This document shows positions 1-8,612 of a stretch of DNA of 64,000 bases, piece after piece. Under the pieces are notes generated by a model, which was given only the letters and a program-made list of their open reading frames with translations, was not told the DNA's origin and ran no database searches. Each line of letters opens with the position of its first letter. Position 1 is the stretch's first letter. Origin of the DNA: Acetobacteraceae bacterium (GTDB taxonomy: Bacteria; Pseudomonadota; Alphaproteobacteria; Acetobacterales; Acetobacteraceae); contig OZ241208.1 of NCBI GenBank assembly GCA_965199665.1, positions 3,788,326-3,852,325 on the forward strand, written 5' to 3'. The translations under genes were made by a program, and so were the position numbers.

Positions 1-792
1 CCTCCCGGCCAGGTCGTCCAGCAAGCGCCACAAGCCCGGCGCCTCCGCCGCCGAGACGGCGCGGCCCCGAACCACGATCGGGTCGGGCGTGAACATCGCC
101 ACGGTGCGCCGCAGCTGCCGCACGGCCTTGAAGCCGGTCCACAGGCTGGCGCCGATCAGCACAACGGCGATGGTCAGCACCTTGAGGCTGCCGGCGGAGA
201 AATCCCCGACCTCGAGGATGGCCATCGCCTCGAACGCCACCACCGTCACCGAACAGATGGCCAGCAGCACCACCTGCAGCCCGAGCACGGGCGGCAGCAC
301 GCGGTGCAGCACGGAGAACCCCCGCACCAGCGCGTCCCGCGAGGCGCGGCCGGCGCCGGCGAGGCTGGCCGCCGCCGCCAGGACCACCACCGAAAGAAGG
401 GCGATCACCCCGGCGCACCCGATCGTCACCGGCGGCAGCACGCGCCGCCAGCGCTCGATCGCGAGCGCGGTGCCGGCATCGTCGAGGGCCTCGCGCGCTT
501 TTTCGACCGCGTAGGGACCACCGTAGAGCTGGCCGTTGCGGCGGAACTCGGCCTCCATCTGCCGGCGCGGATTGGCCGCGATCCATGCGTCCAACCGTTG
601 CACCGTTTGGCTGAGATAGCCGCGCTGGATCTCCAGATCCCAACGGTCGGTGTCGCCGCGCTGCATTTCCCACCAACCGATGGCCACGATCAGCAGCGGA
701 ACGACGACGGTGGTCAGGACGATGCCGATCGTGGCCCGGGTCGGGCGGGTGTCCCGGTCTCCCGTGAGCCCGATGGTTTGCTGCGACGTCAT
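1..792 (-). CDS. M48-like integral-membrane metalloprotease paralog, N-terminal 264 codons only (gene continues past the window start)
   Basis: Not in the ORF track because it runs off the edge. Manual reverse translation from ATG (complement of 790-792) gives MTSQQTIGLTGDRDTRPTRATIGIVLTTVVVPLLIVAIGWWEMQRGD... with four hydrophobic segments. It ends ...GFKAVRQLRRTVAMFTPDPIVVRGRAVSAAEAPGLWRLLDDLAGR, colinear with the pre-HEXXH part of the 9127-11151 protein (GTLRNLRRALRLFEPVPLPLSAVALTPAQAPGLFALLDELARERG). The catalytic motif would lie outside the window. Confidence 0.55.
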   Translation of the reverse strand, partial: MTSQQTIGLTGDRDTRPTRATIGIVLTTVVVPLLIVAIGWWEMQRGDTDRWDLEIQRGYLSQTVQRLDAWIAANPRRQMEAEFRRNGQLYGGPYAVEKAREALDDAGTALAIERWRRVLPPVTIGCAGVIALLSVVVLAAAASLAGAGRASRDALVRGFSVLHRVLPPVLGLQVVLLAICSVTVVAFEAMAILEVGDFSAGSLKVLTIAVVLIGASLWTGFKAVRQLRRTVAMFTPDPIVVRGRAVSAAEAPGLWRLLDDLAGR

Positions 793-836
793 TTCCGGCG
801 GATGATTTCCCAGCGGGGTTCGTTGCGCAACCCGCG

Positions 837-1454
837 ATGGGGACGGACGACGTCGAACGGAGGGAGATCGCAGTGGCTCGACCAGATAGTCGTCCGCCTC
901 GACCGCGGCGGCCCGCCAGGCGGTGGGCGCTGCTGCTGGCGTGCCTGCTTCCCGCGCTCCCGGCCCGGGCACAAATCGCGGCGTCGGAGGCGCAAGCGGT
1001 CTTCGCGCCGCTGTGGGACGAGCTGCCGCAGCAGGCAGGATGGCAGCTGCAGGTGTCGCCGCCACTGCCGGGCGCGTGGCCGCAACCCGCCGGCGGCACG
1101 GTGGAGCGCTACGCCCTCGCCCTGCGGCTGACCCCGAACATCGCGGACGGCGCGGAGGTGGCCGCGCCCTGGGCCAAGAGCACGGTCGACGCGACGGGCC
1201 GGGTCGGGGTGGAACGGTTGTCGCCCCGCTTGCGGCCGCTGGGGGTCCAGGGCGTGCGACCGCTCCGCAGCGAAGAAATCGTGCTGATCGACCGCGAGCA
1301 GGAGGTGGCACACCTGCTCCTCGCCGGGGGCGCAGCGGCGACGAACGGCCTCGTCCGCGACTTCACCTGCGGCTGGATCGCGCGCCAGGGCGTCGCCGCC
1401 GCCGCGATCATGCCGCTTCATCCCGGCTTCACCCGATGGCTGGCCTGCCCGTGA
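837..1454 (+). CDS. Exported hypothetical protein
   Basis: Arg-rich n-region, hydrophobic core and Ala-x-Ala-like site (RRPARRWALLLACLLPALPARAQ-IAASE). The composition is balanced (W, F, Y, D, E present), unlike the overlapping Arg/Gly-rich frames. The start may be ATG 837 or in-frame GTG 873. Confidence 0.5.
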   Translation: MGTDDVERREIAVARPDSRPPRPRRPARRWALLLACLLPALPARAQIAASEAQAVFAPLWDELPQQAGWQLQVSPPLPGAWPQPAGGTVERYALALRLTPNIADGAEVAAPWAKSTVDATGRVGVERLSPRLRPLGVQGVRPLRSEEIVLIDREQEVAHLLLAGGAAATNGLVRDFTCGWIARQGVAAAAIMPLHPGFTRWLACP

Positions 1455-1467
1455 GCCGGCGCCCAGC

Positions 1468-1872
1468 CTAGCGAAACATGTCGTCGGTCGGCACGAGGCC
1501 GAGCAACGCGCGCCAGCGCCAGATCCGTTCGTCCATCCAGCGATCGACCGGCCCGGCGGCGGGTGCCAGCGCGAATTCCGCCACCAGCATCAGCACGACC
1601 CGGTCGGGCTCCCACAGCGTGTCCTGCCCGGAAGCCGCTCCATAGAGCTGCACCATGCTGAGATCGACGACGCCGCGGATGCCGCCTCGGTCGTCCCGCA
1701 ACACGATCCAGCCCGGCGCATCGCCACTGCCGCCGGGCATGGCGAACCACGTCGGGCGGCGGCACAGGGTCAGCTCCCAGGCGCCATCCGGGCTCGCCTC
1801 GCGGATCATCGGGTCGGGGCAGCCCAGCCGCCCTTCCGGCAGCAGCGCGAAGACGAGCGCGGCCGCCGGCAA
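1468..1872 (-). CDS. Hypothetical protein, probably N-terminally anchored
   Basis: The ORF-track frame gives a sensible composition (…WELTLCRRPTWFAMPGGSGDAPGWIVLRDDRGGIRGVVDLSMVQLYGAASGQDTLWEPDRVV…). The annotated start is TTG. The frame stays open upstream (…RRGRALWLGLLPAAALVFALLP), so the true start is uncertain. Confidence 0.4.
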   Translation of the reverse strand: MPAAALVFALLPEGRLGCPDPMIREASPDGAWELTLCRRPTWFAMPGGSGDAPGWIVLRDDRGGIRGVVDLSMVQLYGAASGQDTLWEPDRVVLMLVAEFALAPAAGPVDRWMDERIWRWRALLGLVPTDDMFR

Positions 1873-1923
1873 CAGCCCCAGCCAAAGGGCGCGGCCCCTG
1901 CGGGACAGGGTTGGGAGGCGCGG

Positions 1924-2412
1924 TTAGTTGGTTTCCTTGTCCCAGCCGTGCTGCTTCATCACGGCGGTGATCCGGGTCTGCATCTCCGGCTGCAGGGCGC
2001 CCATCCATGCCGTCATGCCCTGGATGCGGCGCTGGGCGAGCATGGGCTGCGCCTTGATCAGGTCCTGGCCTGCCTTGGTGTCGTAGAAGGCGATGGTGGC
2101 CTTGAGATCATCCACGCTGAGGGTCTCCGCATAGGCGGCGGCGGACCGGTCGCTCAGCTCGCCGATGTGCTCGGACAGCAACGGCAACAGCGCCTCGCGC
2201 ACGATGACCTGGGCATGCTCGGGGTTCTTGATCCCCATCTGCTGCATCATGCCCACCATGGATCCGCCGAGCTGGCTGATCGTCTGCTGCGGGTTCGGCT
2301 CGATCTTGGCAACGAGTTGCTTGGCCAGGCTCGTGGCTTCCGGCGTCGCCGTCTGGGCGAAGGCAGGAGAGGCGAGGCTCAAGGCGAGGCAAACAGCATA
2401 AACGGCGCGCAT
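1924..2412 (-). CDS. DUF2059-family periplasmic protein
   Basis: Only the C-terminal 162 aa of the 502-aa ORF look real. ATG at complement 2410-2412 gives the signal peptide MRAVYAVCLALSLASPAFA-QT, followed by the DUF2059-typical stretch …LSVDDLKATIAFYDTKAGQDLIKAQPML…. The upstream part of the ORF is Arg/Gly-rich junk. Confidence 0.75.
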   Translation of the reverse strand: MRAVYAVCLALSLASPAFAQTATPEATSLAKQLVAKIEPNPQQTISQLGGSMVGMMQQMGIKNPEHAQVIVREALLPLLSEHIGELSDRSAAAYAETLSVDDLKATIAFYDTKAGQDLIKAQPMLAQRRIQGMTAWMGALQPEMQTRITAVMKQHGWDKETN

Positions 2413-2596
2413 CAGTTGATCTTTCCCGTTAACGAGTCGGACGAACTTATCACGGCTCGCGAACGGTCCGGCAATGGCCCAACCGCCGACGGCCGGTATC
2501 TTCATGCCGTTGACGCCGGACGTTTGCCGACGACGGTTGCCCATCCGGCTCCTTCGGTACGGTGGTAGACGTGCCCGGCGGACATGGAGGGGTGGG

Positions 2597-2821
2597 GTGC
2601 AAGGGTCGAGCAAGCAGTTGTTGATTGCCGTCGCGCTGACCTTTGGCGGCGTGCTCGTGTTCTTCGGCATCCTCGCTCTGCTGGGGATCGATCCCGACGA
2701 GCATCCTCTCGGCCTGGCGGAATGGGTGCTTGGCGGGATCCTGATCGCCCCTGGCTTTCGCGCCCTCATCAAGTGGCGGCGGCAGCGCGAGGTGCGCAAG
2801 AAGTCTGGTCCCCTTCCCTGA
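2597..2821 (+). CDS. Small two-TM membrane protein (74 aa)
   Basis: GGAGG at 2586-2590, then GTG at 2597 in the 2474..2821 frame. Translation: VQGSSKQLLIAVALTFGGVLVFFGILALLGIDPDEHPLGLAEWVLGGILIAPGFRALIKWRRQREVRKKSGPLP, i.e. two clean hydrophobic helices and a basic tail. Confidence 0.45.
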   Translation: MQGSSKQLLIAVALTFGGVLVFFGILALLGIDPDEHPLGLAEWVLGGILIAPGFRALIKWRRQREVRKKSGPLP

Positions 2822-2859
2822 GCCGGCCGAGGGGCATCGCGGCCACCGTCGCGACCGGT

Positions 2860-3678
2860 GTGTTGCTCGCGGCATCGGCGCTTCCCTTCGTCGCGCTGTT
2901 CCCGGAGCCGCCCGCGTTCGGCCGCGAGGCGATCGGGATCGTCGCAACCGTCGCCATCCTGGCCACGCTCGGCACCAGCACCCGCGGCACGGGGACGCAG
3001 CGCGCCGACATCGTGCGGCGGGCGGCCCTGGTGTTCGTCACGACCGGCGTGGCGATCGGGCTCAACATCCTGCGGGCCCGCGCCGGGGCGTTCACCGTGC
3101 CGACGCCCGACCTGCTGCCTCGGCTGTTCGATCTGCAGGGCGAGGACATCGACGACGCCATACTGTACGAGGTCTGGCTCGAGACTTGGCTGGCCTGCGC
3201 CGTCATCGCCGTCGCCCTCGCCCGAGCCTACCGGGGCCGGGTCGGCCGCGCCCCGCCGGCAGCTCCGGAAACGCCCGCGGCGCCCCACGCGCCCTGGAAC
3301 CCGGCAACGATCCTGCTGATGGTGATCGGCTGCGGGGCCCTGGCCGGCGCCGTGCTGGAAGGGCATCGGTCGGCGGCGTTCCTGGCGCGGGCCGCCCATG
3401 TCGGCGGCACCATCGCCAGTGCCGACTCGCATCCCCGCATCCGGTTCGTCACCGAGACCGGGTCCGTCGTCGAGTTCACGCAGAACGGCTCGGTGTCGCG
3501 TCCGCTCGGGGCCGAGGTGCCGGTGGCCTACGACACGCGCGATCCGTCGGGGACGGCCAGGGCGGACACGTTCTGGGTCAATTGGAGCGACGTACTGGGG
3601 CTGCTCTGGGTCGGCGCGGGCTTCACCTTATTCCCGTTTTTCGGCTTTCGCGCGACGTTCCGCGCCGGTCGGTGGTGA
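2860..3678 (+). CDS. Multi-pass membrane protein with C-terminal DUF3592-like domain
   Basis: The C-terminus (GGTIASADSHPRIRFVTETGSVVEFTQNGSVSRPLGAEVPVAYDTRDPSGTARADTFWVNWSDVLGLLWVGAGFTLFPFFGF) has the DUF3592 pattern of a beta domain followed by a terminal TM. The first ~90 codons of the 2584 ORF are Arg-rich junk overlapping the small TM gene. The first plausible start is GTG 2860 or TTG 2863, so the start is uncertain. Confidence 0.55.
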   Translation: MLLAASALPFVALFPEPPAFGREAIGIVATVAILATLGTSTRGTGTQRADIVRRAALVFVTTGVAIGLNILRARAGAFTVPTPDLLPRLFDLQGEDIDDAILYEVWLETWLACAVIAVALARAYRGRVGRAPPAAPETPAAPHAPWNPATILLMVIGCGALAGAVLEGHRSAAFLARAAHVGGTIASADSHPRIRFVTETGSVVEFTQNGSVSRPLGAEVPVAYDTRDPSGTARADTFWVNWSDVLGLLWVGAGFTLFPFFGFRATFRAGRW

Positions 3679-3699
3679 CGGCGGCAGCCGCTCGGGCCG

Positions 3700-4299
3700 T
3701 TACGGCGGCGCCTCCGGCGACACGGCACGGATGTTCAAGCCCTCGCGCGGCGGCAGCGCCGCCACGGTGGGCTCACGGCCGGCCAGGAAATCCAGCAGCG
3801 CCTGGACGACGCTGTCCGACAGCTCCAGCCGCGCCGCTTCGCCGCAATCGGCACCGTCCAGAATCGCCGCTTCCTGCGCGCGGATAGCCGGGTCGGATTC
3901 GACCTCCGGCACCTCGTCGCGCGTCCGCGTGGTCCGATGCCCGGCCCAATCGGCGGTCCAGGTGCCCGCTTGCGTGCGGGATCGCAGGGTGAGGCGGCCA
4001 CCGTGGCGGTTCATGACGTCTGGATCGAGCAAACAGGCGGTGTCGGGCGGCTGGTCCACGCCATTCTTGCTGGCCATTGCCGCCACGAACGGGCGCCAGC
4101 CATCGTCGGCCGCCCAAGCGCGGCGGCCGGGGCGGAAGCGCAGCACCTCGCCGGGCGAGGCCGACAGCTCGCTGGCCGGCTCGCTGGCCAGCTCTGGCGT
4201 CTCGTGCTCCGAGCCGATCTGGAATACGAGCAGCAGCGCCCGCGCAATCACGACGATGGGCAGCAGGATCGCCGCCCACCGGCCGATCGTCCTACGCAT
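3700..4299 (-). CDS. N-terminally anchored hypothetical protein (last gene of coupled operon)
   Basis: MRRTIGRWAAILLPIVVIARALLLVF forms a signal anchor. The ATG (4297-4299) overlaps the TAG stop (4292-4294) of the upstream gene by 8 nt. Confidence 0.6.
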   Translation of the reverse strand: MRRTIGRWAAILLPIVVIARALLLVFQIGSEHETPELASEPASELSASPGEVLRFRPGRRAWAADDGWRPFVAAMASKNGVDQPPDTACLLDPDVMNRHGGRLTLRSRTQAGTWTADWAGHRTTRTRDEVPEVESDPAIRAQEAAILDGADCGEAARLELSDSVVQALLDFLAGREPTVAALPPREGLNIRAVSPEAPP

Positions 4300-5350
4300 C
4301 GGGCCGCCACGCGCGCAGGCTCAACCAGAAACGCCCGGTGGCCGACATGTCTTCCGTCAACTCGACGACGGTGCCGTGCGGCGTCGGCCAGCGATAGGCC
4401 ACCGCGTTGCGGTCGAAGTCGCGCGTCAGCACCGGGGCGCCGAGCCGGGCCTCGATCCGGTGGGCGAGGGCGGCGGCGGTGACCGGTTCACGCTGCCAGA
4501 TCCGCATGGAGAGCCACGAGAACCGAGCCGCCGCGCAGGGCTCGCCGCGCGGCACTTCGAGCATCAGAGATCGCCCGGAGCCGATCGGGCTCATGTCGAG
4601 CCGGTTCTCCTCGAAGATGGTCGGGCAGGTCGCGGCACCGATACCCTCCGGCCGCATGTCCGCCTCCAGCAGCCGCGGGACGGTCGGCCCGCGGGCGGCC
4701 GGCAGCTCCGGGCCGGTCACCAGGGCGACGGTCCGGTCCATCCAGCGCTCCGCGTCCGCCGGGCTCGGCAGGGCGGTCGGGCTGGCATAGCTGCGGACGA
4801 ACAGGACGGAGAAGGTGTCGGCGCCGCCGGGCTGCATGCGCTCCTCCACCGTCGCGAAGATGCCGTCCTGGATCTGCCAGGTGGAGCGGAGGGCGCCTCG
4901 CAGGGCGGTGTCGCGGTGGATGTCGGGCGGGCCGAAGCGTTCGGTGAAGCGCGCCACCAGGGCACCGGGCGTGATCCCTTCGGATTGGCGCAGGGTCGCG
5001 CTCAGCATGCCGAACTGCGCCTGCTCGCAGGGCTCCTCTGCCGTGTAGCGTCCGAGCTCGAGGCGCTGGTAGGTCACCACCGGCGCGGACGAGTCCTGCT
5101 GGGACCAGTGGAGCACGCAGCCCTCGGTCGACCACGGGCCGAGACCGGGGAACAACGCCAGCGCCGCCGGGCCCCGCGCGGCCCAGGTCTGCCCGCTCGT
5201 CAACCGGTCGGCGAATGCGGCCAGCCAGGCCTCGCCTTCGGCTTCCGGCGGCCCGGGGGCGGGACGCAGGATCACGGCGGCGCCCAGGCACGCCGCGGCC
5301 AGGGCGGCGATGGCCCCACCGACCGCCCAGCGCCGCCTCCCCTTCGTCAC
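4292..5350 (-). CDS. N-terminally anchored hypothetical protein with an internally duplicated ~95-aa domain
   Basis: GTG at complement 5348-5350 overlaps the TGA (5347-5349) of the upstream SIMPL gene (GTGA). The anchor is RRRWAVGGAIAALAAACLGAAVIL. Two similar halves can be aligned by eye (EEPCEQAQFGMLSATL / GEPCAAARFSWLSMRI; ALVARFTERFGPPDIHRD / ALAHRIEARLGAPVLTRD; FSVLFVRSY / FWLSLRAWR). Confidence 0.65.
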   Translation of the reverse strand: MTKGRRRWAVGGAIAALAAACLGAAVILRPAPGPPEAEGEAWLAAFADRLTSGQTWAARGPAALALFPGLGPWSTEGCVLHWSQQDSSAPVVTYQRLELGRYTAEEPCEQAQFGMLSATLRQSEGITPGALVARFTERFGPPDIHRDTALRGALRSTWQIQDGIFATVEERMQPGGADTFSVLFVRSYASPTALPSPADAERWMDRTVALVTGPELPAARGPTVPRLLEADMRPEGIGAATCPTIFEENRLDMSPIGSGRSLMLEVPRGEPCAAARFSWLSMRIWQREPVTAAALAHRIEARLGAPVLTRDFDRNAVAYRWPTPHGTVVELTEDMSATGRFWLSLRAWRPDA

Positions 5351-6138
5351 GGCAGCGGCGCGAGGCGCAGCGTCATGACGACGCGCACGGACAGCCCGGC
5401 ATCGCCGGCCTCGCTCGCGATCGGTGGCACCGGCGGGGCCGGGCGGGCGGCGCGCTCGGCCAGGTACGGCATCCCCGCCGGTTCGAGCCCGGCGCCCGGC
5501 GCCGGATCGACCTCCACGAGGTCCACGCCGGCGATCCGTTGACCGACCGTGTCGGCGATCGCTCGGGCTTGCGCCAGCGCCGCCGCCGTCGCCTCGGCGA
5601 CCATGTCGCGCCGGGCTGCCTCGATCTCTTCCTCGCGGGGGGATGCGCCGAACTGCCCCAGCGAGGTCGCCCCGTTGTCCAGGCAGCCGGCGAGCATGGC
5701 CGACAGCTGGTCGGGTGCGGTGCGGAACGAGACCAGGAGGCGGCCGGTGTAGCCCTTGATGCGGTCGGGCTGGCCGCGCTGCTCCTGCAGCTCGGGCTCG
5801 AAACTCGTACCGGCGGTGCGGAGCCGTTCCGTCGATTGGCCGCGCAGGAAGGTTAGCAGCGCTTGCGACTGCCGCGCCAGGGCCGCCGCCGTGCCACGAA
5901 GGTCGCGCCCGTGCACCTCGATGCCGACGGTGGCGTCCGCGACCGTGTTCGGCAGGCGCCGGGTCGCTTGGGCGTGGGTGCTGACCAGGCCGGGCCGGAG
6001 CGCGGCGACGGTCGCCGGACGGGGCGGGGATGCGCTGCCACCCTCCTGCGCGCGGGCTGGAGGCGCCGCCAACGCAGCGGCCAGCAAGGCCCCGGCGGCC
6101 CAGCGACGGGCCGCGTGGCGGTTGCCGGTCGGGATCAC
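5347..6138 (-). CDS. SIMPL (DUF541) domain periplasmic protein
   Basis: GTG at complement 6136-6138 overlaps the TGA (6135-6137) of the upstream gene. The signal peptide is RRWAAGALLAAALAAPPARA-QE. The body (…ADATVGIEVHGRDLRGTAAALARQSQALLTFLRGQ…IKGYTGRLLVSFRT…EEEIEAARRDMVAEATAAALAQARAIADTVGQRIAGVDLVEV) matches the SIMPL/BP26-like layout from memory. Confidence 0.65.
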   Translation of the reverse strand: MIPTGNRHAARRWAAGALLAAALAAPPARAQEGGSASPPRPATVAALRPGLVSTHAQATRRLPNTVADATVGIEVHGRDLRGTAAALARQSQALLTFLRGQSTERLRTAGTSFEPELQEQRGQPDRIKGYTGRLLVSFRTAPDQLSAMLAGCLDNGATSLGQFGASPREEEIEAARRDMVAEATAAALAQARAIADTVGQRIAGVDLVEVDPAPGAGLEPAGMPYLAERAARPAPPVPPIASEAGDAGLSVRVVMTLRLAPLP

Positions 6139-6641
6139 GGGACCGCTCCCGCCGCGGCCACCGTCGCATTGCCCAGGCACGCCGGCGCGACGGTCGTGGC
6201 GCTGCTCTCCACCCGCCGGAGCTCGAAATCGTCGCATAACGGCCCGATCACCCGGCCGCTCAGGCGTTCGCCGCCGGGGTCGAGCTGCCCCACGAGATCC
6301 ACCGTCACGTACCCGAACGGGTGCAGCAGCCACCGCCCTGCCGACAGTTTCACCTGGTGGCGTTGCCGGTCGACGCTGCCGCTCATCGCGAAGCAGCCCT
6401 CCGGCACGCCGGGGTTGTCCGTGGATTCGTGGAAGTAGAACAACCCGTCAACGGCGCCGGGCGTCTGGCCCGGTCGCAGGTCGAGAACCAGCGCGGTGTT
6501 GCCCTGACCGCAACGATAGCTGCCTTCCCAGGTGCCGGAGACCGCGTCGTCCGCCCGGGCGCTGGGCATGAGCGCTGCCAGCAATCCGATGGCGATCAGC
6601 CATCGATGGCCATGTTTTGTCACGAACGGCGTCGATTTCAT
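6135..6641 (-). CDS. Exported hypothetical protein (first gene of the 4-gene coupled operon)
   Basis: An internal ATG (complement 6639-6641) gives MKSTPFVTKHGHRWLIAIGLLAALMPSARA-DDAVSG, a classic Sec signal. The mature part is Cys-containing and beta-rich (…GTWEGSYRCGQGNTALVLDL…). Confidence 0.6.
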   Translation of the reverse strand: MKSTPFVTKHGHRWLIAIGLLAALMPSARADDAVSGTWEGSYRCGQGNTALVLDLRPGQTPGAVDGLFYFHESTDNPGVPEGCFAMSGSVDRQRHQVKLSAGRWLLHPFGYVTVDLVGQLDPGGERLSGRVIGPLCDDFELRRVESSATTVAPACLGNATVAAAGAVP

Positions 6642-6818
6642 TCCCAACTTCCACCCGATCCGGACTGGCTCGGCAACATCCAATGCCGTGTCGGGCATCA
6701 TCGTGCTACCGGCGTTTTACCGGCAAATCACGTCCGCACGTCCGTCCGGGTCGGATCGATGGAACCCGTCGCCCTTGGACCGCGGCGCGCTGCAGCCGGG
6801 ATCGTGGACGGCGACAGC

Positions 6819-7418
6819 TCAGAGTTTCGGGCTGGCCGACTGCCGTTCCTGGACCAGTTTGATGCGGGCCGCTTGCCAGGCCGGGTCGGTCAGCGTGAGC
6901 GCCACTTGCGACAGCTCGAGCCGTGCCTCGTTGCCGCTGCAGCCGATGCCGGGGTTGGCGCTCGGGTGGCTGCACCACTGCATCGGCAGCGTGTTGGGCG
7001 CATTGGAGGCGACGCCGTATTTCGCTGTCGCAGCCTGCAGCATCTGCGAGGCGTTCTGCGGCGTCCACGGTACCTCGTAGCTGACCAACCAGGCGACCAG
7101 CGGATGCGCGGGGTCGGCGGGAACCCTGCCTTCGAAGTGAACCATGACTTTGGTTCCACCTCCCTGGAAGCTCGCGGTGCTCGGCAGCTTGGTCTGCGTC
7201 ACGATGTTCTCGCCGGGGAACGGATCCGGCTTGATTTCGCTCGCGGGAACCCTGAAATGCGCGGCCAAAGCGGCGACGACTTGGTCGTAATCCATCCCGG
7301 TCGTGACTCCGGCGACCTCCAGCGTCCGCGCGTCGACGGACCGGGGCGGTGCGGCAAGCGCTGCGGAAGCGAGAAGCAAACCGCACAGAGCGGTCCCCGC
7401 CGATGTCAACAGCTTCAA
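6819..7418 (-). CDS. Exported hypothetical protein
   Basis: GGAGA (complement of 7425-7429) lies 6 nt before TTG (complement 7416-7418). This start overlaps the TGA of the upstream small gene (TTGA). The signal is LKLLTSAGTALCGLLLASAALAAPP, and the remaining sequence is well-mixed. Confidence 0.6.
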   Translation of the reverse strand: MKLLTSAGTALCGLLLASAALAAPPRSVDARTLEVAGVTTGMDYDQVVAALAAHFRVPASEIKPDPFPGENIVTQTKLPSTASFQGGGTKVMVHFEGRVPADPAHPLVAWLVSYEVPWTPQNASQMLQAATAKYGVASNAPNTLPMQWCSHPSANPGIGCSGNEARLELSQVALTLTDPAWQAARIKLVQERQSASPKL

Positions 7419-7735
7419 CGATTTTCTCCATTGTCGAAACGCGGGACGAACAGCGTCACACCGGGCCGCAGCCCGGCGAGATGCTTGCGGACGGCGTCGT
7501 AACCAGGATCGCCCGGGCGGTAGCGGAGCAACGCATCGCCGATGATCCCCGGCGCCTCCGCGCGGAGCTGGAGCAGGATCTCGCCATCGGCCCCCATCGT
7601 CGCGGTGCCGATCGAGTCCGACGGCGGCGGTGACGCAGGGCCGACGGTGGCGACGGGACTCCCGCCGAACTGGGCGGCGAGGCCTGGCGCCGGAGCAAGC
7701 GCGACCAGGAGCAGCGCACGGGCGATGGGCAACAC
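7415..7735 (-). CDS. Small exported hypothetical protein (106 aa)
   Basis: AGGAG (complement of 7742-7746) lies 6 nt before GTG (complement 7733-7735). The signal is VLPIARALLLVALAPAPGLAAQ. The long N-terminal part of the 255-aa ORF is junk. Confidence 0.55.
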   Translation of the reverse strand: MLPIARALLLVALAPAPGLAAQFGGSPVATVGPASPPPSDSIGTATMGADGEILLQLRAEAPGIIGDALLRYRPGDPGYDAVRKHLAGLRPGVTLFVPRFDNGENR

Positions 7736-7892
7736 GGTCGGCTCCTGTGAACACGGCGTCGCCTCCTTACACCACCACCTGCGAATCGTTGCGCCGTGTC
7801 CGTCCTCCCGCTTCGTTGCAGGGCGGCAAGCAGTTGCTCGTTTCCGCTCCGGCGTGGAATCCTGGTCGGGCTTTCTGAACGGAACGGGTTTC

Positions 7893-8612
7893 ATGCAACG
7901 ACGAAACGTATTTGGGCTGGCAGCGGCGCTGCTCGCCGCGTCGCCGGCGGCGATCGCGCAGGTCGGGCCGGCCGACGGCGCCCCCAGCCCCGCGCCGGTG
8001 ACGGAGTGCGACCGTTTGGCGCAACCGCTGCGGTCCGCGATGGGCTCGTTGCCGACGCTGGCGGAAGGCGTGAGCTTCGCCGCGCTGCGTTGGCCGGCGG
8101 CCCGCCCGGCTTGCGCCAAGGCCATGGCGGACGCGCCGGGCGAGGTGCGCTTCGTCGCCTTCGCCGCCCGCGCGGCCGACAAGGGCGGCGACCAGAAGAC
8201 GGCGGCGCAGCTGTATCGGGCCGCCGCGGACGAGGGCTACCCGTTGGCGCAGACCAATCTGGGCGTCATGTACGAGAATGGCGAGGGTGGCCTGGCCAAG
8301 AGCGACCGGGAGGCGGAGCGCCTGTACCGCGCGGCGGCCGAGGCGGGCTTCCCGGCGGCGCAGGCGAGCCTCGGGACGTTCTACGTCAGCGGCCGCGGCG
8401 GGCTGCGGCGCGACGACCGGGAGGCCGCGCGGCTGTTCCGCCTGGCGGCCGATAACGGCAACGCGCAGGCACAGAACAACCTGGGCAAGCTGTATGCCGA
8501 AGGGCGCGGCGTGCCGCGCGACATGGACGAGGCGACCCGGCTCTGGCGCCTGGCCGCCGAGGGCGGCGTGGAGGAAGCCCGCGGCAACCTGCGCAAGGCC
8601 GGCCGGCGCTAG
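7893..8612 (+). CDS. Sel1-repeat (SLR/TPR-like) exported protein
   Basis: ATG 7893 gives the signal peptide MQRRNVFGLAAALLAASPAAIA-QV. Repeated Sel1 units follow: AAQLYRAAADEGYPLAQTNLGVMYENGEGGLAKSDREAERLYRAAAEAGFPAAQASLGTFYVSGRGGLRRDDREAARLFRLAADNGNAQAQNNLGKLYAEGRGVPRDMDEATRLWRLAAEGG. Confidence 0.8.
   Translation: MQRRNVFGLAAALLAASPAAIAQVGPADGAPSPAPVTECDRLAQPLRSAMGSLPTLAEGVSFAALRWPAARPACAKAMADAPGEVRFVAFAARAADKGGDQKTAAQLYRAAADEGYPLAQTNLGVMYENGEGGLAKSDREAERLYRAAAEAGFPAAQASLGTFYVSGRGGLRRDDREAARLFRLAADNGNAQAQNNLGKLYAEGRGVPRDMDEATRLWRLAAEGGVEEARGNLRKAGRR

Noticed and set aside
1924-3432. Full 502-aa ORF for the DUF2059 gene
   Set aside because: Only the last 162 codons, from ATG 2412 with a signal peptide, look like protein. 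The upstream 340 codons are Arg/Gly/Asp/Pro-rich and overlap two plus-strand membrane-protein genes.
8609-8612. CTAG where two convergent genes share overlapping TAG stops
   Set aside because: This is real in the sequence, but in a compact high-GC genome it is most simply a coincidence of convergent gene ends. I do not see a structure or motif that makes it functionally special.
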